DNA of 64,000 nt. Source: Magallana gigas. Taxonomy: Eukaryota. The stretch covers positions 47,058,001 through 47,122,000 of the forward strand of contig NC_088853.1 of assembly GCF_963853765.1 (NCBI RefSeq), read 5' to 3'. Below, one piece after another: positions 23,801 to 36,619 of this stretch (its first letter is position 1; each line of letters opens with the position of its first letter). The notes under the pieces were generated by a model that had not been told where the DNA came from, did not search any database, and saw only the letters and a program-made list of their open reading frames with translations. Made by a program: the position numbers and the translations under genes.

Positions 23801-26800
23801 CTGAAACTTGATTATAATATTCTTTAAGCATTCAAACAATTTTGAACAGGTATGCACATTTATAAGGTGTAAACTATATAACACAGGAAATGTGGCACGG
23901 TGGGCGTGGCTGTGTTCAGGAAGGCGATACATGGCGACCCGTCCGTCATGATGATCAGATTCAACAGCTTAAGGTCCAGGACTCCGGGTCGGGGGTTTGA
24001 TGTCAAACTGGAGGCATATTCTTCAGGTCTGAAATCTTCTCAATGCTGTCGAAATCTGAAATCAAATCAATATAAGTACTTCGCTAATGAAATTAATTCT
24101 TGTACACTGAAAAACGAATCAAGGGGTTTTCTTCTATGCGATATAGAAGAGAATATAAAGTATAAAATCAGTCGTATGCTTGGTATTAATAGACTCAATC
24201 ATATAAAGCCTACTTTTGAATTAAAGTCATGCATTCTAACAATTCATAAACACACGATAAATTATGCATTTATACATGCTACATGTATTTTATTTTGTTA
24301 TTTTTTTTCTCCGAAATGTGTATCCACTGCAAAAATTTATTGACAATAATGAAATTAACAAGACATCCCTTTTGTTTTTGTTTTTTTTGTTTTTTTTTTT
24401 CAAAAAATAAAATTTTGTGAAAATAAATACTATTCCTTGACCTTTTGTCTACATTTTGAAAAAAGAAAAATTAGCATCAAAAAGATTTTTACCGGTACAT
24501 TGAACCTATGTACTAAACAAAAAACAGGGCACAAGCCCTGTTTACATTACAAAGAATTCCGAGTCCTGTATCTTGCTTATAACTCTATACGACTGACTCT
24601 CAAATTTCATTTGATTATTGGAAATGCTTTCTTGAAACATTGTAAATAATAAAAACAGAAATATAGAATTTGACTAAAATCGAGACCATATCCCTTTAAC
24701 TCTTTTCTTCATTTTTACACCTTACTGGTTATGATCTAATCTTTAAAAATATTGCAAAAATCGCTGGTCTTCCTTTGGAATTTACAACCCGAATATATCA
24801 AATATATCACAAAAACAGTGCCTTCCCAAACATTTGAGTGTGTTGTATCTCACGTGACCAAACAGGGGGATAGGTATAAAATATTGCCTACATTAAGGAA
24901 GGTCAAAGAGGAAATACTAATAAAATAAATAATGGTTTTTCTTTTTACAATAATAACTGTATTATGAACTTATTTTTAATTGTATAACCTTTGAAACTGG
25001 CCTTGTTGTTTCTCTTTATATTAGGATGTGTGAGCAGAACCTGTTTACATGGCGGCGATTGCTTAGAGCTAGAAAATGGAGGATTCCATTGTAGATGTAA
25101 AAATGGATTCTCGGGCGCTACCTGTAATTACCTATCAGGTAGGAGAAAAACCGTCATAGATTTAGAATGATACCGATACGGTTTAGTTAATATGGTAATG
25201 GGTGTGTGGTATTCTAAAGATTGTACATATGTCATGTTGTTTCCTGTCTACAGTTTGAGAGTGGTAATACGGTTATACCGTGGTACCAGGATAGTTCGTT
25301 ATGACTCAAGTTTTAATTATTTGATTTTCGTTAGGCACCTTCATCCTTTATATACTCGACACCCTCAATGAATAATGCAAAAAATATTCAGTCTCAGTTA
25401 TACAAGTAAATTTAAGAATTCCGTTCATACGAACCTGTGAATAAAATTGACATTTTGCAGAAATTGTCTTTCATGAATTTAAGATGATTCCATTGATGAT
25501 ACCCAGGGTATTTGTATTTTTAACACACAAATACATTGTACCTTTTTTTTTTAAACCACATTTTAGCAAAAGCCATGACAAGCTGCTCGTTTAATGACGA
25601 TTTTCAGTCATGTGTGTTTGCCCAGGAAGCGGACTCTGAGGTGAACTGGACACTCAGCTCCTATGTAAGTACTACATTTCAATAAGATTTAAGGTAAAAA
25701 AAATTATCTTTCCCAGTAGTAGCAATGCTGAAAGATCATCCAGCTGTTCAGTCGACTGCGAGATGCCTGATGTTTTTCTCCTTCAAATTTTCACATTTTG
25801 ACTCAAGACGTTTACAAATAGATGCCTTCACTTAGAACTGTCTTTCTAAAGGCCGTTTATTGTTCATGCATGTATTTCAGAGGCGGATCCAGCAATTTGG
25901 AAAAGGGGGGGGGTTCCATTTGATGAAAACCAATATGTACAAAATTCATCATTTGTCAATAAATAAGGACTTTTTGAACGTTTTCCGTGCGTATACAACT
26001 GTATTTAATAAACGTCAGACTAATTACGACAAACTATTATAAAAATGGATATTTTGGTATTTTTTTTTATGTCTTTGATGTTTTTAAATTCTGAACTATT
26101 TATCGATTTTGATTTCTATCGATTGTCTTCTTAAATAAAGATCTAAATGATAGGATATGGCAAAAGAAAGGGGATAATTTATCTGCTGAGTAGATGGTAC
26201 GTGTGTAATACAATGGTAAAAGTAATTGTCGTCCCAGGGAACTTGATGTGACCTCTGTAATAGGTGCGTTACATCATCCGGCACTAGTACAGATGCGATC
26301 ATATTTAAAAAAGTTTTGAAAGTTGGGCATTTTTATAACGGTTTACATATAAACCCTTTACACGGTATTTTTGTAACAGAATTTCCGATTCTTGGAAACA
26401 AAAAAAAAGGCTTTCTCTGGATCCGCCAATGTATTTTAGATCATGTAGTACTCCAGTATGGGAACGAGGAACATTCTCTCTTTATTTCTTTTTAAAAATT
26501 GTTGCTTCTTTTGTTTAAGGGTATCTTTCCCGGAAACAGAGCTGGCCATCCTTATTTGATCATGTTTGCAGAGGATTTTGGAAAGGAAGCGAGACTGAAG
26601 ACGCATGCAAACTTTGAAAGTTAGTTATTCAGTCATATCGATCTCTTACGCTGATGTTGGCCTTCACTTGGCTTGACTTTTATAATTTAGTTCTGTTTCC
26701 TCAGAAATTGATTGTTTCAATTTCTCGCTATAATTATTATTAGAAGAGTTTTATATACATGTAATTCCAAGTCGATAAAAATTTTTAGTTGGTTCATAGA

Positions 26801-27470
26801 ATCCTCTAAGATGCCATTTCATATTTTATTTTTAAAAATACCAGCTTTTAACTGTTTGAACAGATTAAGATTTAAACATAAGAGCCTCCATAAATCGTAA
26901 CACATACATGAGGACTACTGACATTCAGTCAATGAGCTTGAAATGTAACATTGTAACTGATCAGTGACCGAATGACATAAGTTCTGCCGGTGTCACCTCT
27001 CAAGACTTTTCAATTAACATTTAGTTGACTGAAAGGTAGATATTCATCTCGTGGAGTTGTTTGTTTCTAACAGCATCAAATCGGTGTCTCCACTTTCGGT
27101 ATTTCTTTGCGTCAACTGACGAGGAAGCTGGGGATTCTGAAATCAGTGTTCACTACAGAGGGTCCTCCGCCAACAAGTGGACACACTTGCAGTCATTCAA
27201 GGGTTCGGAGTTCGCTAGCTGGACTTATGAATTCGCTTCCCTCGATATTCCACCAGTTGACGGCCTGCAGGTGAGTTATGCGGCGATAATAAGTTGTTGA
27301 GAGTCAGTTCTATTTGTGAGAACTATTGGTAACCGTAGCCATCTTAAATTTTCAGTTATATTTACGATACGTCGCCGGTTACCATACAACGATACTGGAT
27401 GAAATTGCTGTTTTGCCTGGGAAATGTGACGACTGGGGTAATTGATTTGCAGAAAATAGTATACGATCAC

Positions 27471-27544
<74 letters not shown>

Positions 27545-27910
27545 GTATGTATTTGATTTTCTATTTGTATAGTGTGTTATGATAACCCGTGCACACACGG
27601 TGGTACCTGTGAATCACTAGAGCCGCCAGGGGAGTTCATTTGTCACTGTAAGCCTGGATTTAGTGGACTAACCTGTAACGAAGTAACAGGTAAGCATTCA
27701 AAACATTTCAATAAATGACTGCATGAGAAAATTTAGTGATCATGTTGATTAACTCAGGTTTCGTTTTCCCCGGCGTTTAGCTCTCTGTCTGTCCATCCGT
27801 AACCTTTTTACAATCTAAACTTATTTTTAGAACCACTGGGCCAATTTTAACAACATTTGGTATGAACAAATGCGGTAATGCGTTTTTAAATGCCTTCCTC
27901 CAAGTATTTC

Positions 27911-27953
<43 letters not shown>

Positions 27954-30900
27954 ATTGAAGCAATTTATTACAGATTGTACATGTACATTGCAAGAAAACA
28001 GACTTTGATAAAACATGGTAAAAAAAAAGAAGCTACGTAGTAAATCTTCTGGCATCTTCTGGAATCTTCCATTTGTTACAATATCTTAAAGATAATAAAA
28101 GCTGAAGACATTTTGAAAACTAAAATTCACGACTTAAAAAATTCTTCATGATCACGTTTTTAAAAGGGCTACGAGAATGAGGATATTCAGGTCTAAATTT
28201 ATGTATTAAATTTTATAGAAAACATTTTTCTCTACATAATTCGATAGCCATTTTTGTAGAAAAGCTGAGATAAATCATTTGGCAACTGATGCTAGGATAT
28301 GGCTCTTGATTATGTACCCATATTCTATAAAGAAAACGTGATAAATAATTAGATGAACAGTTAATAAAATGTATACAACATTTTGAAAACGTGTATTTTC
28401 AGCTGATGCTACAATCATCTGCACGTTTGATCGTATTTTTGAGGAATGCATATTTTACCAAGAAAGTATAAGTTCCGAATTTGTGTGGCAGACTCAATTT
28501 CAAAAGGTAAGTAACCCATAGTTTTAATATTTATAAATTTTATTTTAAGGATGCATCGTAAAACGAGATATAATTGCGCTTTCAAATTTGAACAACTTAA
28601 TTTGTAGGAAAGTGGTCGAGGGGAAATTTTGCAGCCACCATTTTTGTATACTGCGGAATTTGAGGAAATGGATGCAAGATCTTTTTTAGATATCAATGTA
28701 GATCTTACAGGTAAGTTATTAAGTAATAACGATACCCCGATATTTAGGCATCACTATGACACTATGACAATAACAAATAACAGTTCGACAGCTGTTTTAA
28801 GTGATTAAATAGGCATTGTCTTGTTCTTGTATTCATAATTTGCATACAAAACATCATGCAGAATCTCATATTTATTGCTTTAATATCTTTTGGCAACAGT
28901 TTTGGTCAGTTTCGGGCAAAAACAGGCCAGATCATGAAATGTTTACATTCTTATCCTCAAATGTACAAGATGGCCGAACATCCCCCTGAGTATAACTATC
29001 TTTGGATTTTTTAAGATCCAAGAGTGTTTAAAGATTTGACGACAAACGTTGCATCTGTTACGTCCGTTTCAAAGCTCCAGTGTAAAAAAAACTATAAGGC
29101 ATTTTTGAAGCTATATACATGTATATGTCGCATCAAACGCTAGTTTGCGGTGTTAAAAACTAGACCAATATTATGTCGGTATGAATAACTGTTTACAAAC
29201 ACAAGAAATGTTACAATTATGGCAAATTACGTGAAAATTACTATAATCTTTTATGCTTTATTTTCGTTACAGAGGCAGAACGTTGTTTAGAGTTTCAGTT
29301 TGTTTTCTTTCGTCCTTCCGAGAAGAATAAATACTCTGAAATTCGAGGGGAATACCATGATCCTGATACAAACGACTGGGAGGTTTTGGGGAGTTTCAGT
29401 GGAGATGACAAAGATAAAACCACAGCAGCTCTCACATTGCCCGCCATACAGAATCTGCAGGTCTGATCAGTGTAGCTTAAGATATATTTGTATTATGTTT
29501 AAGAAACTTTCTTACATATTTTTTTTTTTGTTTAAGAATTATTCTAAAACAAAATTTTAGTATATTAGATAAAACGATTTGGAAACGTTTATGGTAGGTT
29601 TTAGCTATTTGGTTCTTCATTGTAGATAACAATAGTTGTGATTGCTAGAAAACAGAGGGTAGCCATCGATAACATTCTACTGCGCCCTGGAAAGTGTGAT
29701 CAAACAGAAAAGGGTGTGTAGGGAAGACATTAAGTTATATTATAGTTTATACTCTGTTTAAAATAAATAAAGCAATAAAAGAACTTATTTGTCTATTCTG
29801 TGAACTTTTGAAAAGCGTTTGCGTTTTTAAGATATATACTGTAAACGAACTACATGTACATTTGGCTGTGTATTCTATTTAGAGCTTTCGGCGGAATGCA
29901 GCTTCCGCTAAATCAAGTTCATCGCTAAATGCCATACATATATGTTAATGAATAGTCACGTTCAGGAATACGCTAATTCAAATCTACGCCAACTTGTGCA
30001 AAAACTAATTTCCGCCAAATATCATACACGCCAAATATAATACGTTTACAGTAATTAGGATTTGTTTATTTTCAAGAAACATCATGATAGAATAGACATA
30101 AATATTGAAGATTATATAATTATGTTTTTATATTACATATAGATGCTAATTTTGCATGCACATTCGAAGAAGAGGAAAGCAATTGCTTCCTTGAAGACTC
30201 TCAAAATGATGATTTTGATTGGAAAAGAAAATCGGTAAAATAAAATTAGATTCTTTTTCTTGTCATTTTGACTCAATTTAGCTAGTAAATGTTGATATAA
30301 TTCATTTTTTTTTTCAATGAATAAAAAAGAAATCAAGTATGAGATTTCATCAGAATTTTATGTTCTTATTAATTTCACTTATAAAAACATAAATAATTTA
30401 TAAAGGAAGCAAAAACATGTATATCAGGATATGAATATATGGCTCTGATAGTGCAGTTTACTCCTTAATACAAAACTAATGCATTCCTTCTCTATATTTC
30501 TTTCTATAAATAAAACAAGAAATAAAACACATATGGACCAAGCTAGATACAGAATGTGAAAAAGGAGGCATTCAAAAAAGTACCGAAATCATTTTCTGTC
30601 TATCACCCTTTCTCTCCAAAAGATACTTCCATTAAACTTTAAAAAATAAAGTGTCTCTCCCCCTAGGTTATAAAGTCTTCTGCCCTTCCCAAGCCCCCCC
30701 CCCCCCCATTCTTTTTATGTGGTTTATAAAAGTAATATTTTCTCTTTTTTTCGACGATTTTTCAAACTAAAATGTGATCCACAGTCTTTTTATGGGTGTG
30801 TCGTGAGGAAAACTTGTAATTAGTCATGGACTCATTGACAATTAAAAATAATTAATTAGTAAAAGACAGGTGTGACAGCGCCACTTCAAATAATATTTAA

Positions 30901-33596
30901 GAAAACAAATGAGATGTGCAAAGATTAATTGTATGTTTTGAATGTATATAACACTATTTGTGTTAAACGAAAAATAGAATACGTTTAATGTTTCAACCTC
31001 TTTCCCCGGCGAATCCAAAACATATTAATAAAACCCCTCTGATGTGCTGTCATATCTATAGTCCTAGTCTTTATGTGATCTATGAAAATAAATAAATAAA
31101 TGAAAACACTTTGATGAACAGCAGGATTCTTTGTTGAACTTTTATTTATTTTTAGTGGCTTGGAAGTCTCTCTTTTGTTAATTTCACTATAAAGCCGATT
31201 TACACGAGTCCTTTAGTTATATTATGTTCAGTGGCCATGCAGCAATGAAATAGATAGGCCTACGTCACATTGCTGTTTGACAAAACTACTTAAAGTAGAA
31301 GCTCTAAGACTTGCAAAATAGTTCTATCTTATTCATCTGGGGATAGAAAACTCATAAAAAAAACTCGTTGGATAAAAATCATATATCATCACATATCATG
31401 AGAAATCTAATATATTTATGCATTTGTTGCAATTTCACAATACATGTATCGCATAATTGAGATACAAGAAATACTACTTGCAGATTTTCTCTTACATAGG
31501 GAAGAACAGGGTCTCGCTACACCGGGCCCCAGGCAGCCGAGCAGGGGGACTACTATGTATACACCGAGGCCTCCAGACCCCAGAGATCTGGAGACGTTGC
31601 CATATTGGAGAGTGACGCTGTCTTTGAAGGTTAATCCCGGGGAAAAATACATGTCAATAATACTCACTGTGTCAGTCCATTGAAAAATGGTCGAATCTAT
31701 AAATCGTACGAAATACAGTAAATATCATGAATAGCATTTGTTTAAACGTTCACTGCATATGAATTTTGTTGGTCACGTGATCAAATCCCATGAAGCCCGT
31801 TAGTTCATTAACCTTGTTAAAAGATGTACAGAGCTTTTCTATTTTTCTTTGTTGAAATATAAACTTTATTGTATTCAGTTTACATAGAAAAATGTTAATG
31901 CACTTTTCAAAGTATTATTGATAATTTTGAATATTTTAATCAAGTTTAATCAATTCTAAAGAGCTGGAGGCATAGTAAATTCGTTTTCTCTCTTCTGAAT
32001 AGATAAACGATCCTGCTTTCGAATGTTTTATCACATGCTTGGTAAACACGTGGGAACACTTCTTGTCAAAACGAAAACTGACGATGGTGAGGAGGAGGTT
32101 CATTTTGAAAAGTCTGGAAACGTGGGGAAAAATTGGAACCGTCTTGAATTGAATCTTGATCTAAAGCCGGGCTCAAAGGTAAACGTAGATCATGGAGAAC
32201 AAATGTCTAAGGTCAGCGCTGTCACAAGCGTCACTACAACTACTGACCTTGTATGCAATGATAATATAGTGTAAAGTTTGCTGAACGTTTTGCTGTAGGA
32301 TATATGTGTTAAAGTCCACGATGTTAGAATCATTGTATGACAACATGTACATGTTGTATGTTTATTGTCAGCCTGAAAGTAGCACACTGCGATGATGTGC
32401 AAAAAGATATTGCATTTAGAATTTTTAGTTAAGTTTAACTACATTGTGTATTGTATTTGGCTTTAATTATTGAATGATCACTACACTTTTACAATATAAT
32501 GCCACATTTAAGGAATAAAGATTATCAAATAGTTAAAACGATTGAATTCATACCATACGGCTTCAAGTTGCTTAAATTGGATTTTTTTTTCATAATGGAT
32601 TCTAAATTCTAAATTCTATACTATGTTCCAAGATATGTATGCAACACATTTGAATTAATTGATCTGATATTTAGAAATACATCAGTGTTCAAACGATGTT
32701 CATTTGAAAGTATGAAAAAATCTTAAGATTTCTTCTTTGAAAAACGTCCCCTTTAGCTCGTCAGGTTTGAGTATGTGGTTAAAAATTAAAAGTTTACAAG
32801 GATTTTGCATTGCAAGCGAGATAAAAAAAAAACTTGAATGATAAACGTTGAAAAATTATGCGAGACTTTTTACTTTTTAGCGCAGCCTACCTATTAAAAA
32901 ATGAGTAAACATGGAGTTGGCTCCTTGATCACTTTTATAAAAGCATGTTAAAAACTGAATTGAAAATAAGGAAATAGGCAGTGATATTGAAAGTTATGCC
33001 TCGCACCCCCCCCTCCCCCTCCCCTGGATTAAGATTATCAGGATTTTGGGAGGTACCATACCCCCTTCCTTTTTTCTTTGTTAACTTAAAGATTTTTGGG
33101 TTGAGTCTGGTCCCATTCTCACTTTCATAAACGATGTTACGTGCCTGCGAGGTATTCTTAGTGACTTCTGAATGGAGAAAGATAATCAAGATACATGTAT
33201 GTATATTTCATATCATAAATCCCCGTAATAAATCTGTTCTCGTTCCTCTTAATTTTTTCGACTGAGACACGATAAGGGGTCAATGAAGATATCTTGGAGA
33301 TTTTCCTTTCATCGATTTCAATTGCACTTCTTTCGCGGGTAATTGCATTTTTATTAAAAAATCGCCTAAATGTGATGCATAAATATGGTGGGACAGGGTT
33401 TAAATAATATAATAGATTATAAACAGCTAGAATTGTTGTGCAGCGTAACTCGATATCAATTATTTTAAAATATTTTTTACACCTTTTTTTGTTTTTACAG
33501 ATTTTAATTGAAGGAGTGGTTGGGTCAGGGTACCAAGGAGACATGGCCTTGGACAACATCTCTCTGACCAGCTGTTACTGCTCGGGGGAGTGCTAA
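14073..33596 (+). CDS. Secreted astacin-family (M12A) zinc metalloprotease, SP-pro-astacin-EGF-CUB-EGF-MAM-EGF-MAM-MAM, ~1076 aa (BP10/SpAN- or meprin-like)
   Basis: Exons: 14073-14151, 14371-14496, [15566-15588 tentative], 15641-15715, 16910-16972, 17040-17114, 18010-18115, 18237-18363, 18656-18725, 18832-19023, 19860-19992, 20425-20544, 21173-21267, 23208-23329, 23887-24026, 25025-25138, 25567-25664, 26520-26619, 27074-27270, 27356-27437, 27573-27689, 28403-28506, 28608-28710, 29273-29460, 29626-29713, 30143-30234, 31500-31629, 32003-32178, 33501-33596. All junctions are GT-AG and in phase (sum 3231 nt). Pro-region exons are less certain. Confidence 0.9.
15379..15550. other. Assembly gap (172 N) inside astacin intron 2, abutting a (CGAAA)-type repeat
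   Basis: The left flank ends GTGCGAAACGAAATAGAACGATACGAAACG. Confidence 0.95.
18010..19992 (+). other. Astacin catalytic-domain exons
   Basis: WRRGVIPY; ESCVRWVER; CSSYIGRIGGMQTISL..GC; HEMLHCMGALHEQSRSDR (HExxHxxGxxH); Met-turn SLMQY. Confidence 0.95.
19002..19677 (+). repeat. 28-bp minisatellite (~23 units) spanning the exon end and splice donor
   Basis: Unit (C/T)TTGATGCAGTATGGACTGAAG|GTAGGG; the first unit overlaps the exon ending at 19023. Confidence 0.97.
20724..21050. repeat. Two degenerate direct copies with ~210-bp period
   Basis: CCTTTCCTCGGTT...GTAGACT(G/A)AGCACGCGA occurs at ~20724-20800 and ~20933-21005. Confidence 0.6.
22071..22241. mobile_element. ~170-bp foldback (quasi-palindromic) element
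   Basis: Arms 22071-22153 and 22158-22241 pair around a TAAC loop. Confidence 0.9.
23757..23796. repeat. (CT)n microsatellite
   Basis: Visible run. Confidence 0.98.
25878..26431. mobile_element. MITE with GGCGGATCCAG / CTGGATCCGCC termini
   Basis: TIR CAGAGGCGGATCCAG at 25878 and CTGGATCCGCCAATG ending 26431; TSD ambiguous (ATGTATTT or TATTT on both sides). Confidence 0.7.
27474..27541. repeat. (AG)n microsatellite
   Basis: Visible run; a second lies at 27912-27950. Confidence 0.98.
29762..29779 (+). promoter_or_regulatory. Intronic poly(A) signal cluster (three AATAAA)
   Basis: AATAAA at 29762, 29766 and 29774, about 40-55 nt after an in-frame TAG at 29719-29721. Confidence 0.55.
29839..30051. 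mobile_element. Tc1/mariner-type MITE
   Basis: TA|CTGTAAACG ... CGTTTACAG|TA. Confidence 0.75.
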
Positions 33597-34737
33597 CATT
33601 CAGGACAAAGGCGATGATTTCATGAACATAAACTCTCTCTTTATGCATGTTTATATACCTCATTCATCTTTTTCATGTATATGTTTATCAAAAAAGGACT
33701 GTTTTGTCAAAGCAACTAAAATTGAATACTAGTGCGCGTACAATCAACGTACACAAGAACATTTATTATTCCAATTTGATTTTTTGCGACTTCTTTATGG
33801 CATTGATTACCATAAAGATGAGTTGATATTATTTATATTGCTGCGCTATATTTTCCATTATTATAGCTACTGCAATTTCCCTTTTATCTGTCGTTCTATT
33901 CTTCGATTGCAATACATTTTTGGGTTGATTCGTTTTGATATTGAATCCTTGTTCTTGAATTGAATATGCATGAGGACAGGACTGACCCCCTCCCTTTCCA
34001 TCCCCCACCCAAAAGTATCTAGACCCCCGGGACTTTACTCCTTTTTCCGTAAAATTTTCCATTTATGATATATTTCTAATCTAATTAATTTAAGTTATAT
34101 ATTCATTGCACAAAAATACTTAAAACAAACATTTCTCCCCCCACCCCCCCCAAAAAAAAATCAAAGCCCCCTCTTTACATGTATTAGCACTTCTTCAAAG
34201 ACAAAATAAAGTTAATTTATACCATAATGTACACGTATTTTAACCCTAACTTAAGTGAAAATTAATACACTGCGTCGGAAATAGAATGATTAAAGATTGG
34301 CTAAATGATTAATCTGAACGTGAATTGACCGCGTTCTTTAAAACTTATATCGTGTTTAATCTAGAGAAAAGATTAATGGATCAGGGTGTTAGTATGTCGC
34401 TTGATTTCTGGTAAACCAAATAAATGTCCCGAATTGAACTGCTATATATACAGTGTGTTTCTTCATTTCGTGTTGTTTACATAAGAGAGCGTTTAGCGCA
34501 TTGCAACTGCATGAGGATTTGTATAAAGGTTTAATAGATGGGTTGTAAGTAAATTTTAATAGTTTTCATTTCATCACAGTTTATTTTGATTTTATTAAAT
34601 CTTATTTCATAACTTTGATAACATTCTGGTCGCTATTTTTAGGATAAATTGCTTGATTGCAAAATTCATTTGATTTCGGAAGAGAGATTTATGAATAGTA
34701 GTATAGTAATTACTACTGCTATGTGTCAGTGAGTGAA

Positions 34738-36102
34738 ATGGGCAATAGTAAATCCAGCACCACGACCCCGCGGTCTATCCAGATAAAGGTCCACTCCATC
34801 ACCGGAACCTCCACGGGAAACGCATCCAACTCAGAGCAAACTGATGACGTCATTCGGACTAAAGATCCCGACGACGGGTCGCGGCGATCTAAATCACGTG
34901 GTGTTGTGACAACCATACAGGAGGAACAAATCGACAACTTGGTGGATCCTATTGGTGAAAGGTCACAACCTTTGACCTTAGATTCAAAGACCGAGGTCGT
35001 GTGTCGGGATTTTGATTCTCGGAATGAGAGCGTCGCCAGAGAGATCCGTCTGCTCTCGGTAACCCCGAGTTACTCGTTGACTCCGTGTGGAGGTCGCGCT
35101 AGTCAGAAATATCGCAAAAACAGTGACATCATCATGCTCTCAACATCTCCGGAGGAAGATAGACACATACACCATGAAGCGATAACGCCCGAGATCGCCG
35201 AAAGTGAGCACGAGGAACAACTTGAAAACCCATGTACAGTGTTTAACGACGATGCAAACATAGATCACAATGGGAATCCCAGAGAAACTGAAATAACGTC
35301 ACTCTCTGACGTCACTGTTCTTTTCGAGAAACATTGGTCAGCCTCGTCTCCGAGTGACGTCATGCCGTGTTGGATACATGGAATGACGGCGTTGGCCGAT
35401 GGATGCGTTCTAATCCTAGACCTGAATAACAATGCCCTAAAGCTGTTTGACGAAAATCAAACCTTCGTTCACTCGGTGTCTGTGTCTGAGGAATGCATTG
35501 GGATCAGCTCTGTCTATGGCAATGAGGTCGCCATTACGTGCGGGAACGAGATCGTGTTTTATTTTGTTGACAAAACAAGTTTTGTGTTGCAGCAGCGATG
35601 CTTCAAACTCAACGGACGAGGATTTGGTATTTGTTTTTCGCATAAAAACTACGCAGTGACATGCGATATTCACAAGACCAACGGGACCGTTAGAATACTA
35701 AACGAACGTGGAAAACAACGTTATGTCATCAAAAGCTGTAAGGTATTCGGAAATGTACTAAAAATGTCCAAGTTTGTACAAATAGATCCTACTCTAGACG
35801 TTGTTTATATTTCTGATGCTCAAAATGGTCGCATTGTGAGTTTCACGTTTGACGGACGCGCACTGTGGCATTGTGACGTCAGTCAAGAGCCGACATCAAT
35901 AATATCTATTCATGGTTACCTACTTTTAGCCGACTTTCGAGGACACCAAATAATGCAAGTAGGTATCGATGGTCGAGAGTCTCGCGTGCTTCTGACCGAT
36001 GAAAACGAGATTTGGAGTCCAGATTACGTCATATATAACTCCAAGACAAAACAACTGTTTATAAACTCTCCAGAAAATGTTCTCGTGTTCAAATTTCTTT
36101 AA
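34738..36102 (+). CDS. Intronless 454-aa protein: N-terminal MGNSKS, disordered acidic Ser/Thr-rich half, C-terminal NHL-like beta-propeller
   Basis: The track ORF starts at a GTG; the first in-frame ATG is 34738 (GAAATGG context). The C-terminal half has IHGMTALADGCVLILDLNNNALKLFD, GRGFGI, VQIDPTLDVVYISD and PTSIISIHGYLLLADFRGHQI, typical of TRIM-type NHL repeats. No RING or B-box. Confidence 0.88.
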   Translation: MGNSKSSTTTPRSIQIKVHSITGTSTGNASNSEQTDDVIRTKDPDDGSRRSKSRGVVTTIQEEQIDNLVDPIGERSQPLTLDSKTEVVCRDFDSRNESVAREIRLLSVTPSYSLTPCGGRASQKYRKNSDIIMLSTSPEEDRHIHHEAITPEIAESEHEEQLENPCTVFNDDANIDHNGNPRETEITSLSDVTVLFEKHWSASSPSDVMPCWIHGMTALADGCVLILDLNNNALKLFDENQTFVHSVSVSEECIGISSVYGNEVAITCGNEIVFYFVDKTSFVLQQRCFKLNGRGFGICFSHKNYAVTCDIHKTNGTVRILNERGKQRYVIKSCKVFGNVLKMSKFVQIDPTLDVVYISDAQNGRIVSFTFDGRALWHCDVSQEPTSIISIHGYLLLADFRGHQIMQVGIDGRESRVLLTDENEIWSPDYVIYNSKTKQLFINSPENVLVFKFL

Positions 36103-36619
36103 TTTCTTTATACTATATAGTACATGTAATAATTAAAGACACATTGTATTTCTTAAATATAGACCTTTGCAAAATAAAAGGCAATGTCATGCTGTTAAAT
36201 TTGAGTTAACATAACAGGAAAGCAAGAAATTTCTTGCATGTATGTTAACTTCTATAACAATAAAAAAAATTATTTACCACCCCGATTTTCTAGGGGGGCG
36301 CCTCGAAAGTCTCAATTTTTACTATGGATTCCTAATGGAGTTTGTTGGAAAAACGTTAATTTTTCACATTTCTCCACATTGTTTGAATTTCTGCCGTAGA
36401 GGTTTATTTTTCTTTCAAATATATGAAAACTAGACTGTAAAAAGTCATCAAATGGGGAAATTTAAAATAAAATGCTTATGAAATTAATTTTTTAACAACA
36501 TAACACTTTAAAAATGCTGATACGTTTCTCTTAATGTTCTGTCAATAGATTCTTTTTTTTTAAATCCATCGTCGCCTCAAACAAATGAGCTAATCATTCT
36601 TTTTTCCTCGGTTTTATAA

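Larger units (their letters stand above)
20425..25138 (+). other. EGF-CUB-EGF exons of the astacin gene
   Basis: CKYGG...CSCVCPDGLQGADC; CGG...CTWLI..APTGKRIKATILDMDL..DCYHWLEFR..CG..MMIRFNS...GRGF; CLHGGDC...CRCKNGFSGATC. Confidence 0.92.
25567..33596 (+). other. MAM-EGF-MAM-MAM exons of the astacin gene
   Basis: CSFNDDFQSC / CTFDRIFEEC / CTFEEEESNCFLEDSQNDDFDWKR; TGPQAAEQGDYYVYTEAS; CFRMFYHMLG; GYQGDMALDNISL. MAM3 is canonical; MAM1 and MAM2 are divergent. Confidence 0.9.
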
